64,000 nucleotides of DNA. Source: Vicugna vicugna (Eukaryota). The position numbers and the translations under genes are program-made. How positions within the stretch are numbered: the stretch's first letter is position 1; each line of letters opens with the position of its first letter. The DNA lies in NCBI GenBank assembly GCA_013265495.1, contig MU058824.1, forward strand, positions 5,405,515 through 5,469,514. Direction: 5' to 3'. The notes beneath the pieces are model-generated. The model saw only the letters and a program-made list of their open reading frames with translations. It had not been told where the DNA came from and made no database searches. Below, piece by piece: positions 13,859 to 26,549 of this stretch.

Positions 13859-13973
13859 ATTCAGAAGTACCACCAAGTCTTACTTCAGTAGAGCACATGG
13901 TGTTTTGCTGTTGTACGATGTCACTCGCAAGAAAAGCTTTCTTAATGTACGGGAATGGGTAGATATGGTTGAG
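13859..13973 (+). pseudogene. RASEF: RASEF pseudo-exon ([38 protein letters not shown])
   Basis: Open frame; acceptor CTG instead of CAG; GTAAGA donor. Confidence 0.92.
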
Positions 13974-14519
13974 GTAAGAAATCAAAACAGAGAAACAAAA
14001 AAAGTATATGGGAGAGTTACAGGCTGTCTCGGAAAATGCTGTTTCTCTTCCCTGTCAAAGTGAGCTTGAGGAGAAGCCACTCCAGGCTGTCAGGAGGACT
14101 GGATTGAGAGGCGGGTTCCCGTTGGCACTTGGCAGTATTGATCTCGTCCTCAATAGCTGGGCAAGTTCCCACAGAGCCAAGGACACTGCTAAAGTGAACT
14201 TCTGGGGGTAAAAAAGCTCCTGGGTTTTCTTTTAGATAAAATCAGAACCCCATTGGCAGCAAGTGAAAATTCAGGCAACCACGAAGGAGCAGCAGCTCTC
14301 ACAAACAAGGGGGTGATGGGGCTGGGCGTGTAGTGTGACTGGATGTGTAATAGGGGCCTCCGTCTGTACTAGACATGTAGGTGAAGCATCACCTGGGTGT
14401 GAGCTTGTGCCATGTCCACATTCTATACAAACTGTCTTCTCAACTTTATTCTTTCTGGTAGTGATTTGGGTCTTTACATATCCCTGGGAACCACTGAAAT
14501 ACCAACTGGTATTTTAATT

Positions 14520-14613
14520 TTAATTTTTTTTAAAATGGAGGTACTGGGGATTGAACCCAGGACCTTGTGCATGCTAAGCACATGCTTTACCGCTGAGCTA
14601 TACTTCTCACCCC
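14520..14613 (-). mobile_element. tRNA-derived SINE, camelid Vic-1-like
   Basis: Reverse complement of GTATAGCTCAG...CATGCTTAGCATGCAC...GGTCCTGGGTTCAATCCCCAGTACCTCC with an A-rich tail; imperfect TSD actg(g)tattttaa. Confidence 0.85.
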
Positions 14614-16189
14614 ACTGTATTTTAAACTTGTGGTAACTATCTGTGCTTTCCTTTGGTCAAATAAGATGGTATATTTCATCTGCAGAGCTTTCATATCCTT
14701 TGGTTTCATGGTAAATGCTTTCTTAAAGCAGGAAATGACTTTGACCAGAGTCAGTGTGCTACCAAAAGTTATTAATCACCATAAAACTACAGCTCAAGCC
14801 ATAGCTCAGCATACTCTCTTCAAAAAAACAAAACAAAACTAGTGGCTAATAAGATTTTTCAAGTAGATCTATTATCTATAATTTTTTAGGCGTTAAGTGC
14901 AGTGGTGGCTGAACAAAGAACTGATTGCTGTCTGATCTCACATTAGCCTCTAAATTCTTCAATTGGGCCTATTTCATACCCTGTAAAACACCAGAATGAA
15001 TGTTCTCTTTCTAACCAAAGAAGTCATGTAAAAAATGACTGATTGAAATTGGCAGTAAGACTCAGACAATGATAAATAAATGTGCATTTTGTTCAACTGA
15101 AATAGCATGACTTAAAATTATTATAAATACAATGAAAGTGTATTGACATTTATGAAGTATTTTATTTCACAAAATTTTCCACGTGTTATGTTCATGTCTG
15201 TAACATATCTGAGAAAGAAAGTAAGAGATGTAATGATATTCGTACCTTCTATGAGAAACCTGAGGCATAGAAAGTGTATAACACTGATTTTTAGTTATTT
15301 AGAGATTAGGGGTAGAAAGGGAAGTTGGATCTCTTGATTCAACACTGGGTGCTCCTTTGATAAGACACCAGAGTGAGCAGCAGATTAAGAAAAATAAAAT
15401 CTTTGAATGTCAAGAAAGGACCTCCAGGGTAGGTAGTGCATAGAGCAGAGGCATCTGTTTTGGGGAACAGATGGACCTCCCTGGGTTTGATCAGTGAGTT
15501 CAGTGAATGACGAATAATCGCAACTAACTCATACCCACAGGTATTTGAGATCTGTAACAAGATCTTTTATTATTGAAACTGTTGGACTTGGTCTTCATTT
15601 TAAGACTTTGGATTATACTCACAAAAAGGAGGCACAAAAGGCAGGGTCAGTCGTAGGGTTGAAATAGCCCCTAGTGACCAGCTGTGGCCTGTGTGGGGCC
15701 CCAGTGCCATAATTTGCTAAATAAGCACCTCCACGTGGTAAGTGATCTTCTTAGCTATTTGTATTACCTTTCGCAGGGTCTGAAAAGGAAGACAACTATA
15801 TTCAAGGTGACGAATTCTTGAATTTGTTATGGAGGAAAAATTAGACGCCACTTGGGCTTTGACTTTCATTTGTTCTGCTGAACCTTCGCCTTGGCTTACC
15901 TTTTTTTGTTGTTGTTGAGGAAATTGTATCAGGACGATTTATATGGCCACTAGAAATGTGAGTAGAAATCAATGGTGAGATGCTTGGGACAGGGCAGCAG
16001 ATTGAGAAGCAATAGGATGTCCATGGTGAATGGACCCGCTGAATGAATAATGAATATGCGTCGATTGAAAACCACTGGGTTACAAAATCTTTTGATAAAA
16101 TTATGGCCATTTCCTTACCTGTTATGAAGAATTGATTGATTGAATATTTGGGTAAAAGTTGAATGGAGACACTTGAGACATGAGCTCTT

Positions 16190-16500
16190 TTCCTGACCTT
16201 TAACACATTTCAAAAATACATCGGGCATACCTGCTTTGTGCGGGTGCTGGGCTAGTGCTGGCAGTGTATCCATTCGTAAAACAAAGAGCCCACCCTCCTG
16301 GAGCTTGTACTCCCATAGGGGAGACGTAACACGTGACAAACATAAATAAATAAAATACATAGAGTGATAGAAAGTGATAAATGTTATAAAAACAAAAAGA
16401 GGGTGGGGTAAAAGGTTTCACGGGGAGGCAGTGGGCTGCAGGTAATGTGGCCGGGCTAGCCTCACCAGAAGGTGATTATGTGCGTCAAGACTTGAAGGAG
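16190..16500 (-). mobile_element. L2 3' fragment
   Basis: ccctcctggagcttgtactcccataggggaga...gacttgaagga resembles antisense L2 3' region. Confidence 0.6.
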
Positions 16501-17769
16501 GTGCTGGTTTCCACCTGTGTGACTTTGAGAAGTCATTTAGACACTCGGATTCTTGGCTTACTTCAGCGAATTTGTGGTTAACGGCTTCCATATGACGCCG
16601 GCTTGGATCTGGAGCCGTTCTGCCCAGGACACAATTACTTAACAGGTTAATGGGTGGGGCGTCTAGTTCTGGGGAGGGCCTTTCACGTCCTTCTCCCCTT
16701 CGCTTTTACTCCACTCTGGTGCGTTCGGTTAGAGGAAGATGGTCTGAAGAGAAAGGAAGTGGAATACAATTTCATTGTTTTTGAGGCTCATTTCTTGACG
16801 CGGATCAAAGTGGACCAGCACCTACCTGGATTTCCCACAGCCAGTGAGCGCGGCCAGGTGGTGGGAGGGGCGGGGTCTCAAACTTAACTCCACCTCTTAT
16901 GTCTTATCCTGCGGGCCAGCCCCGCTGTGAATGCCGGGCGTGTGGCCGAGCGCTGTGCTGGTTTGGGAGCATTATCCTGAGAATCTGCTACTTTGAATGA
17001 TTGCCCATTGAGTCCTTACAAGAAAAATGTTGACCTTCAGGGCCTTCGTATTTTGCTTTTGTTATAAACTGAATAGCAGCAAATGCGGAACTTTCAAACT
17101 CCGTTTTTGTCGAATTTTACTGTCTGCGGGAGACAGTCATTAAACCCATGTAATCTACATGTCCCCCTAGAGATCTCATGCCTGTTCTATTCCCTCCCCA
17201 CGTTCAATCCCTCTTGATTTCTCAGATTTCCCAAGGTTTGCTGACTTATTATGCATCTCATGACCTCCATCCTTCTGCATCCTCAAAGGAGTCTCGCTTT
17301 TACCTCATAACATCCGGGCTGTGAAATGCAGCAGCAGCACCAGCCGTTTCTACCAAAAATATATTCATTTTGGGTATTTTAAAAAAGCTTTTCTATGGAT
17401 TTGGGGCTCACAAGTAAGGGTTTCATAGTAGTACTTCCCTCTTGTTTAGTTCTTCCCTCTTCCCTGCTCCAGAGCTGCTCCCCCCTCTCCCCCCTTATCC
17501 CACATAGGATCATATAACCCACACCCAGCCCCCTCCCCCAACAATTCTCCTTTCCTAAGGGAGATTGTCTCCAGCTTGTTAGACAAGGACACGCAAAAAT
17601 AACTTCATCAGTTACAGTTGTGGCAATTGCTATGCCAGAAAAATACATACACCAAGAGTTTTTTAAAAAATAAATTAATTACTTTTTTATTGAAGTATAG
17701 TCAATTAAGAGGTTTTATGATAGGAAGACCTAATATTAAATTTTCAGTTAGGAAACGCTTAATCTTTAC

Positions 17770-18060
17770 TTCAAGGGAGGATTACCTAATGGGGTCAGGG
17801 GATTACCTAGGTAATGGAAACAGCATGTGCAAAGGTCCTGGGGTGGGAGGGAATTTGGAGTACTGGGGAAACGGAGGGACAGCCAGGGTAACTTGAGTGT
17901 TGTGAGTGAGGGAGAGTGGTGGCAGGTAAGACTGGGGGGGGGGTTGGCTGGGGCCACATGCCAGCTAGGCCTTGTCAGCCGGGTAAGCATTTCACCATTC
18001 TTGAGAGGGATGGGAAGCACTGAAGGGTTTGAAGCAGGAGAGCGATATGATTGATGACAG
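17770..18060 (-). mobile_element. L2 fragment
   Basis: aacagcatgtgcaaaggtcctgggg...gggatgggaagcactgaagggttttgaagcagg antisense L2 motifs. Confidence 0.65.
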
Positions 18061-18585
18061 TATGCGTAACCACTTGGGGGGCTGAATAATAGACCCCAGA
18101 AAATGTCCACTGGTTTTAGCAACACAGAGGCAGCTGAATCTTGATAGGAAAAGATGATAAGGTAAAGCGGGGATGTAGTAGTTCCTGGCCAAAAGGAGAC
18201 GGGCTTTTGATGGACATTTAATTCCTTAGTGGTTACCTTAAGCTATCATTTTTCTCTCTCTCTCAAATTATTTGATAGAGAACATTTGGTATCATGTGTG
18301 ACTCTTGGAAATAAGAACCTTAAAACACAAAATTTTGTATTATGAGATTTTTTTTTTGGATGCAAAATAAAAATCCTCTGATGAGGAGCTGTTTCTGGAA
18401 TAACTAGGCCCAAACCTTTTTTTTTTTTTTAAAGTATTGAAACTTTGAACCCAATTTCTTAGCTATTGGTTTTAGCCTACTCAACAGGGGAATATTTTTG
18501 TTTTATTTTATTGGTTTTAAAAGCTAACATTCCAGGAAACCTAATTAAAAGTCTTCACTTAATGGTGTATGTATGTATTTTACAG

Positions 18586-18662
18586 ACCAATGGGGCATTA
18601 TTTTGTGAAATACATGCCAAAGATGGTTCAAATATAGTGGAAGCTGTTCTCCATCTTGCTCA
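18586..18662 (+). pseudogene. RASEF: RASEF pseudo-exon ([25 protein letters not shown]), 77 bp
   Basis: ttttacag acceptor and GT donor; matches recalled [26 protein letters not shown] with the G5 SAK changed to HAK. Confidence 0.92.
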
Positions 18663-19393
18663 GTGAAGTTTAGCCTTATATTTGAAAAACTGGATGTAGG
18701 ATTGAATTTTCACATAGCTGTTGCCTGTGTCAAATTTCTTGACCATAACATGAATCTCCATTGGAAAACACTGTCTTGTCTTTCAGTAGTGGTTGGAGAA
18801 ACAATTAAACATAGTTTTCATAAAAACTGGTACTGCTGCTTATTCACCATGAACAGTGGCAGCATACCTTTATTGCCAAACAAAGCAGGTGCATCTGAGG
18901 TGTTGTTGACATTTCTGCAAAATGTCACCCCAAAGCTAATAGTTGATGTGTATGAATCACTTCCAGGAGCCAGATTTTAGCCACAAGAGACTATTATGAA
19001 TGTAACTATCTATTATGAATGACATTTTCCAAGGTAAACGGGAAAAAAACCCTCAGCAATGCAAATTCTTTATCCTGCCAGTTGTAAGCACTTTTAAAAA
19101 ATTATTACCCATGTAATGATTAAGCTAAGGCACTGGTGTTAATAATAAATAACATTTTGGGATGTGGATTACAATGAAAATTGCATCAATGAGGAACTTG
19201 GATTTAACTGTGAGTATTTTAATCTTTGAAGTATTCTTAGGAAATTATAATGCTTTCTGTTAGATTTATTTCTTCTGCCTAGCTTTCTTCCACAAATGAA
19301 AAGATGATTCTTGGCAGGTCTAAAGGGATTAAATATCCAAAAAAGAAAGAGAAAAAATAAAAATGTGCTTTAACAAAATCTAAGCCAGCAATC

Positions 19394-19567
19394 TTTTTTT
19401 TTTTTCCCCCCGCCTCACCGGGTCAGTGAAAAAACGATCAGAGTAGTGGTATTTCACCGGAGGCCCACAAGGCTGGCGGACCCCGCCCCGCCCCCCTCGC
19501 GGGGAAAGGCGGGGGCGCCGGGGGTCTCCCACTTATTCTACACTTCTCATGTCTCTTCACCGTGCCA

Positions 19568-19605
<38 letters not shown>

Positions 19606-19612
19606 GATTCCA

Positions 19613-19643
<31 letters not shown>

Positions 19644-19676
19644 GGATAGTAGGTAGGGACAGTGGGAATCTCGATC

Positions 19677-19710
<34 letters not shown>
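19394..19710 (-). pseudogene. Retroposed internal 28S rRNA fragment (305 bp, 19406-19710) with poly(A) tail
   Basis: Minus strand reads CTCGTCATCTAATTAGTGACGCGCATGAATGG...GAAGACCCTGTTGAGCTTGACTCTAG...CACTGACCCGGTGAGGCGGGGGG (conserved LSU rRNA); T12 at 19394-19405; TSD taagccagcaatcttt at 19381-19396 and 19711-19726. Confidence 0.97.
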
Positions 19711-21568
19711 TAAGCCAGCAATCTTTAATTGCTGGCAAAGCAAACACGTAACTTTAGGCAGGTAGTTCTTTTCCTGATCATTTGTGAGTTTTATGAGAAT
19801 CTTAACTTTAGTACAGTAAGGGGCTCAGTGCTACCTTAGCCTTAGGCAGGGGTGCTGAATTGCTGCCCTGGCTGAGCAGGAAAGGGTGGTACAGGGCAGA
19901 CTCAGCTTCTGCTCAACATGGTGGAGGACTATAGTGTCAGGAGGCTCAAAGTCCAATCTGAAATCTACCCAGAACAGCTGTGAGTCTTGACTAGGTCCCT
20001 GTCTTCTTCAAGCACCTGTAACCTGTAAAGTGAGGGAGAGGACTGAAGGAGATGATCCCTAAGGCCCTGTCTAGTCCTGACTGTCTATAATTATATGTAT
20101 AACAGCCTGGACTCCACTGGATAACATAATCACTATTTAACTCTGAAGTGTCCCGTGGAGTCATATTACAGTTACATGACTCCAAATCGCCATGGTCACA
20201 CCCAGAGTACAGAAATGATTCTCTTTATTTTTTTATTTCTATTTTAATATATTTCCAGAAAGAATGCAATTAAGAAATAGTAAACTTTGATGTCTGAGGG
20301 ATAACTTAATTTCACGTTTATAAATTAGGTACAGATATGGAACAATTCTGTATGATTAGGGAGATTTTTTTTGTGGACATAATCTAACATCCCTACCTCT
20401 TTCAAACCTTTCTTTATAAGAAAATACTTTCTGGCATTAGATTTTAAACATGTGTTCAAGTACCTATTTAGTCTGCAGCTTCTTAAATTATTAAGTAGAA
20501 TTTGATTCTCTTTATTGTATCAGCTGTCCATGCCTTTTCCCCGTCTGCTCCTGCAGGCGTGTTGGGTTAGCCTGGCAGCCTCCCTGTTTACAGTGTAGCT
20601 TCCACCCAGGCTTGTGTTTCCTTTCTTAACACCTGTTTGCAGAAGCATTTTGATAGCAAGGTCACTTCTTGTGAATCACTAATGGAGGGATTTTTAAGTT
20701 GTTACTGCATTATAGCCTGGTTTGAGGTCTCTGGGTTAGTTAACGATGTGTTAAATATGCAAATTAAAAACAAACAACCATGTAAAGACTTTAATTTGCT
20801 TTATACTGTGCCATCAGATCTGCTTGTCAGAGTACCCAAGTTTTACATGAAAATGGTATAGGTTCCACAGGAAAACTGACCACTTAACAAAAGTTATTCA
20901 GCCTTTAGAATGTTATGTATTAATGCAAAACATTAAGTTCTTGATTTGGGCCTCATAAAATAATTCCCAGCATTGTCCCTTTCATACCATGTCATGTCAT
21001 AAAACTTGAACTAGAAGAGTTTATGGATTTGCACTGTCTGAAACAGAATTCATTTTTGAAGGTAGGTCACAAATGTTTGGTTAACAACCTGAACTCCTCT
21101 ACTTTTTCTTGGAAAGTCTCTCAATCCCAAGAAAAGTTTCTCCTTGAAATGCAGTTAGCCTGTAGGGCTGATAGGACATTCATCCCAACCATTGCCTATC
21201 GGTAAGTAAATCTGCCATCACTAGAGCCACAGGCTTTAAACATTTTGCAATAAATTCAAGTTCAACAGGCATTAAGTTGATCAGTAGCCTGAAATTTGAG
21301 AAAAACACAAAAAGCTCAGGCTGATGTATCATTTCAGTGCCATTGCTGACTGAGCCCATTGGGTATAAATCTCTCTATAAGACCAAGTCATTTAAAATGC
21401 AGTTGTTAAGCATATGGTATTTTTTGGTGAAGTAATTTAATTTTCCCAGTCTTAAACCTGTTTTAGATGTTTGGAATTATAGCTTCCTGATTTTCTTAAA
21501 GTGGGATGTGCTTGCATTTTTGGTAGGTTAAAGAAACTGAAGACCAGGTGACCAATAATGGGTACCTT

Positions 21569-23052
21569 CTTTTTTAAAATTAAAGTATAGTCAGATTACA
21601 ATGTTGTGTCAATTTCTGGTGCGCAGCATGTTTCAGTTACGTATATACATATATATTCCTTTTCATATTCTTTTTCATTATAGGGTGCTACAAGATATTG
21701 AATATAGTCCCCTGTGCTATACAGTATAAACTTGTTTATTTTATATATACTACTTAGTATCTGCAAATCTCAAACTCTCATTTTATCCCTCCTACTCTCT
21801 TTCCCCCTGGTAACCATGAGTTGGTTTTCTATGTCTGTGAGTCTCTTTCTATTTTGTAAATAAGTTCATTTGTGTCTTTTTCTTTTCTTTTTTCAAGATT
21901 CCACATATAAGTGATATCATATGGTATTTTTCTTTCTCTTTCTGGCTTACTTCACTTAGAATGACAATCTCCAGATTCATCTATGTTGCTGTAAATGTGA
22001 TTATTTTATTCTTTTTTATGGCTGAGTAGTATTCCATTGTATAAATATAGCACAGCTTCTTTATCCAGTCATCTGTCGATGGACATTTAGGTTGTTTCCA
22101 TGTCTTGGCTATTGTAAATAGTGCTGCTATGAACATTGGGGTGCATATCTTTTTGAATTAGAGTTCCCTCTGGATATATGCCCAGGAATGGGGTTGCTGG
22201 ATCATATGGTATTTTTAGTTTTTTGAGGAATCTCCATATTATTTTCCATAATGGCTTCACCAAACTACATTTCCACCAGTGGTGTAGGAAGGTTCCCTTT
22301 TCTCCACACCCTCTCCAACATTTAGCGTTTGTGGACTTTTTAATGATGGCCATTCTGACCAGTGTGAGGTGATACCTTATTGTAGTCTTGACTTGAATTT
22401 CTCTGATAATTAGTGATGTTAAGCATTTTTTTCATGTGCCTATTGGCCATTTGTATGTCTTCACTGAAGAATTGCTTGCATAGGTCTCCTGCCCATTTTT
22501 GGATGGGGTTGTTTGTTTGTTTTTTTGTTATTAAGTTATATGAGCTGTTTATATATTCTTGTTGGTTGCATCATTTGCAAATATTTTCTCCCATTCCGTA
22601 GGTTGTCTTTTTGTTTTGCTTATGGTTTCCTTTGTTGTGCAAAAGCTTACAAGTTTAATTAGGCCGATTTGTTTATTTTTGCTTTTATTTCTGTTGCCTG
22701 GGTAGACTGCCCTAAGAGAACATTGCTAAGATTTATGTCAGATAAAGTTTTGCCTATGTTTTCTTCTAAGAGGTTTATAGTTTCTTGTCTTATATGTAAG
22801 TCTTTGAGCCATTTTGAGTTTATTTTTGTGTATGGTGCAAGGGAGTGTTCTAATTTTGCTGATTTACATGTGGCTGTCCAGCTTTCACAGCACCAGTTGC
22901 TGAAGAGACTGTCTTTCTCCATTGTATAGTCTGGCCTCCTTTGTTGAAGATTAATTGACTGTAAGTGTGTGGATTTATTTCTGGGCTCTCTATTCTGTTC
23001 CATTGATCCATGCCTGTTTTTGTGCCAGTACCACACTGTTTTGATTACTGTA
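21569..23052 (-). mobile_element. 5'-truncated L1 (about 1.5 kb)
   Basis: Continuous 3'UTR plus ORF2 C-terminus ([41 protein letters not shown]). Confidence 0.93.
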
Positions 23053-25619
23053 TTTTTCTCCCATTAATATTTGCTTTTGGATTCAATAATGTCTGCATTA
23101 TTATGAGTGCTCAGCATGAAAGGCTTGTAGAGATATCAGGCCATAAAATTTAACAATAGCAAAAACAAAAGGAAGCAAAATATATGACCAGGCAGCTATG
23201 TGATATGTAGCTGATAGAGGCCTGTTGATGCTCCCAGAAGGGAAAGATGTGAGTTGTCTTGTGAGGATGCTGTGATTACTATACCCATTGTACAGATAAG
23301 AAAATTGAGAAATAGAATGCTTAATCCACTTGCTCCAGATGACACAGTTACTAAGTGGCAAAACTGGAACTTTTCACTAGTCTGAATCTCTGGCTTGCCT
23401 TTTAAATGTTGGTAATCTCAGGATTCTACTCTGCACTTTCTTCCTCTTAACTCTCTTTCTGCCTAATGTCTTCCACTCCCATGGTTTCTAGAACTATGTA
23501 TACCTGCTGACTTCCAATTTCTGTATTTGTAATCCCCATTAAAAAAAAATCCCATGACCATGTTCCCATCCACCAACAAACGGAAATTCCATAGGCATGG
23601 CTGACCCAACATATCCGAATCCTACTATGTTAATTTTTCTTTAAAATTGTTCCTCATTCTACGTTCTCTTTCTCAGGAAACTACCAACATTATAATTAAA
23701 AAATAGTAACCCAGAATCAGTCTTGATTCATTCTTCTCTTTCTCCATCATCTACCTAGAGTGGATTCTGGGGCCTTACTGATTCAGTGACCTCTCTGTCA
23801 TCTTTCTTGAATCTGCCTATATTCCCTCTCTCTCTGTTCTGCTTCAAGCCTGAGGATTTCTTACCGCAGTTAGTGCAGGAGGCACCTAAGTTTCTGCCTC
23901 AGAGTTTCTCCAACATCAGTTCAGGGTAATCTTTATAAGTAAAGATCCAGTTAATGCTTTCTTGTTTGCATCCCCAAATGGGTGTCCTACCTACAGCATA
24001 GAATCCAAGCACCTTAGCCGATGGCTAATTGTCCCTCACTACCCGATCTCACCTATCTTTCTGTTTGCTTCTCTTATCATCTTGCTTCCCTAATGAATAA
24101 TAATCTATAGACGTAGCAAACTCTGCTTCCAGTCATGGCCAAGTTCTTTTGTGCCTCTTTGCACACAGCTGTGGGAAATTTCTTTATTATTTTTTAAATG
24201 AATGTTGACCAGGTATGTTACACACAGATTATACGTAGCCACATCATCATTTAGCTTTTCAAAACATGCCTTCTCTGCTGATGAGGTCTTTTTTATTTTT
24301 AAACTGGAAAGTTGGTTCTGTCCTCAGTAGCTCTACAACTCTATCATGGATTCCTGTTTCCTGGTTTTTGGTCCCAGGAAAAAAAAAAAGGTTACATTTT
24401 TGACCAAAAAGAATGAGTTACTGGTAGGGAATTGTCCAGATGAACTGGGGAGGGAGTGGTGGTTATTTCTGTGCCATGGTGAGACTGCTGTTTGCCTAGG
24501 TGGCATCTACAGAGCCCAGGTTAGAATGGACCTGACACCTATGTGTTGATATGTGGTGATCATGTTTAGGTTTTTGGTGCAGTTGCACAAAACTGTGTTA
24601 GTATACATGTTGGCTTTATTTATTTTCCCCCAGAGTGTCTGTACTTGTCTTAAAATCTGTATGTGAGTATACCTTTGATACAGAACTGCCATCTGAGTCT
24701 TTGCTTCGGGGTTGTACGGCCAGTACACCCCAGTTGATTAGATTACACAAGTGCCTCTGGTAGACAAAGCAGTCCTTTTTATTTGAACCTGGATGAATAT
24801 TTTTGCAGCTAAATCCAAATTAGAGACTTAAAGCTCCGGATAGCAATCTTATTTAAAGAAAAGCTACTTACACCTCTTTCGGTTGCCTTGCTAGGAAATC
24901 AAGATTATGACAAACATTTGATTTCATGAAGGTGTTCTCAAATTTAAAGAATATTTTTGGTAAGAACGAAATTATCTAACGTCTTTAACTTAGACTTCAT
25001 TTGATCCATTTATTTGCATTGTTCTATGCATGTAACTCATCTTGGCTCAGTTTTCCCTTTGAGAGCTTTTAAAATCACAATTATATTACACTCTCTTTTA
25101 TGTATCCTGGCACATTGGATAATATTTTAGTTTTGTCATGGAAAAGAACATTGGACATGGAGACATTTTTCACTGTTAACTTTTAGCCTCGTGCATTTTC
25201 ATAATTTATTTTTTCCACTTGCTGCTTTATATGACATGTGTGACATTTGATTATTTAATACAAAATGTGATTTGCATGAGCCAAACCACCCAACCCTCTT
25301 GCTGAAGATAAAATCGAGGTTAAAGATAAAGATTTATTTTCCTATTTGTACAGTGATCGGTTTCAGAGTGATGGTTTTTGTGTGCTTTTATTGTATGTGT
25401 GTGTAAGAAATTTCATAGGTATATATTAAGTAGGCCTCTGAGTATTGAATAATTGTTTTATGATTTTAATTTACATGGTTTACATTTTCATAATATCAGC
25501 TATATTTCGTTTATACTGTTTATTTCTCTTCAAACCATTAATAATTATCCCATAAAGTATCATTTTTATAGCAATGTGAGTGTCTAAGGAACTACAAATA
25601 TTTTCTGCATTGTAAATTC

Positions 25620-25625
25620 AATAAA
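25620..25625 (+). terminator. Candidate polyadenylation signal closing a 3'UTR-like block
   Basis: AATAAA preceded by about 0.9 kb of repeat-free U-rich sequence with TGTA motifs and followed by a GU/U-rich tract. Confidence 0.5.
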
Positions 25626-26549
25626 GCATGCTTGCTTTGGCCTTCTGGGTGTTCCCTTCAGCTTTGCTGCAGGCATCCCTGAAGTAATTTTAGTTTTAGG
25701 ATATGCCTGCATGAAACTGTGCCTCTAAAAGCCTTGTCTTTTCTGGACTGGGCAGCTGGCTGAGGGGAGCAAAGAAGGAACACAAAGTGGGTGGTGCTGT
25801 GGTACAGAAGTGTGGTCTTGGCCTGTTGACCAGCTTGGGCTGTGATGGCCAGGAGTAGTGAGGCTTTGTAGAAAAATTTCAGGGTGTGCTCTGGCCATCC
25901 TCATGACCTCAGGGGTTGGTCTCTTTCTCTGACACCCATCCTTCTCTCTCCCTCCTCCTCCCTCCCTCTCTCCACCATCCTGGCCTAGCTAACTCCTGCT
26001 CATCCTTCTGCTCTAGCTTAAGCATCACTCCCTTCAGGAAGTTTCCGCTCTCAACCCCAAGCCAGGATGAGGTTGCCTCCTCTTACTGGAGCTGCACCCT
26101 TTCTAACTGGTCAGCATCTTACTGCCCTCATACTTGTTCACCTAGACTACACCCTGAGTTATAGTCCTATTGTCTACCACTGCCGTTCTTCTGCTGTACA
26201 CAGTGTTTTGAAGAATTAACTGTTTAAGGCAGGATTTGCAGAATTTCTGCAGGTGCACATACACAGAGACACACATACCCAATGGTCAAGGACAGTATGA
26301 ATAGAGGCAGCATATTTTAGTGGCCACTGATCTGAGCTCTGCAACCAGCCTGCCTGGTTTGAACCTGGCCTTGTGAACCACTAGTCAGTAACTGTGAACA
26401 AGGGGCATAACCCTGTATACTCCAGCTTCTTCATTGGGAAAAAAGAGGTGACACAGTAAAGTTCAAAGCTGGTAAGTCGCTCTTAGCACTCAGAGCTTTG
26501 AACCAAGGTTTTAAAAAGATCACTGGATTTTTGTGGAAAGGTGCTAATA

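Larger units (their letters stand above)
10929..18662 (+). pseudogene. RASEF: RASEF (RAB45) partial unprocessed pseudogene, six recognisable exons
   Basis: Exons translate to the RASEF C-terminal half including Rab motifs ([48 protein letters not shown]), in order and separated by introns; multiple stops, frameshifts and splice lesions. Confidence 0.93.

Noticed and set aside
19406..19710. Functional rRNA gene
   Set aside because: Only a 305-bp internal piece with retroposition hallmarks
19700..19726. R2 retrotransposon involvement, since the fragment starts about a dozen nt downstream of the 28S R2 target site
   Set aside because: No R2 sequence is present; the TSD, poly(A) and CTTT/AA site fit L1, and R2 is not known in placental mammals
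19547..19747. 66-aa ORF (…[24 protein letters not shown]…)
   Set aside because: Incidental translation of the 28S rRNA fragment
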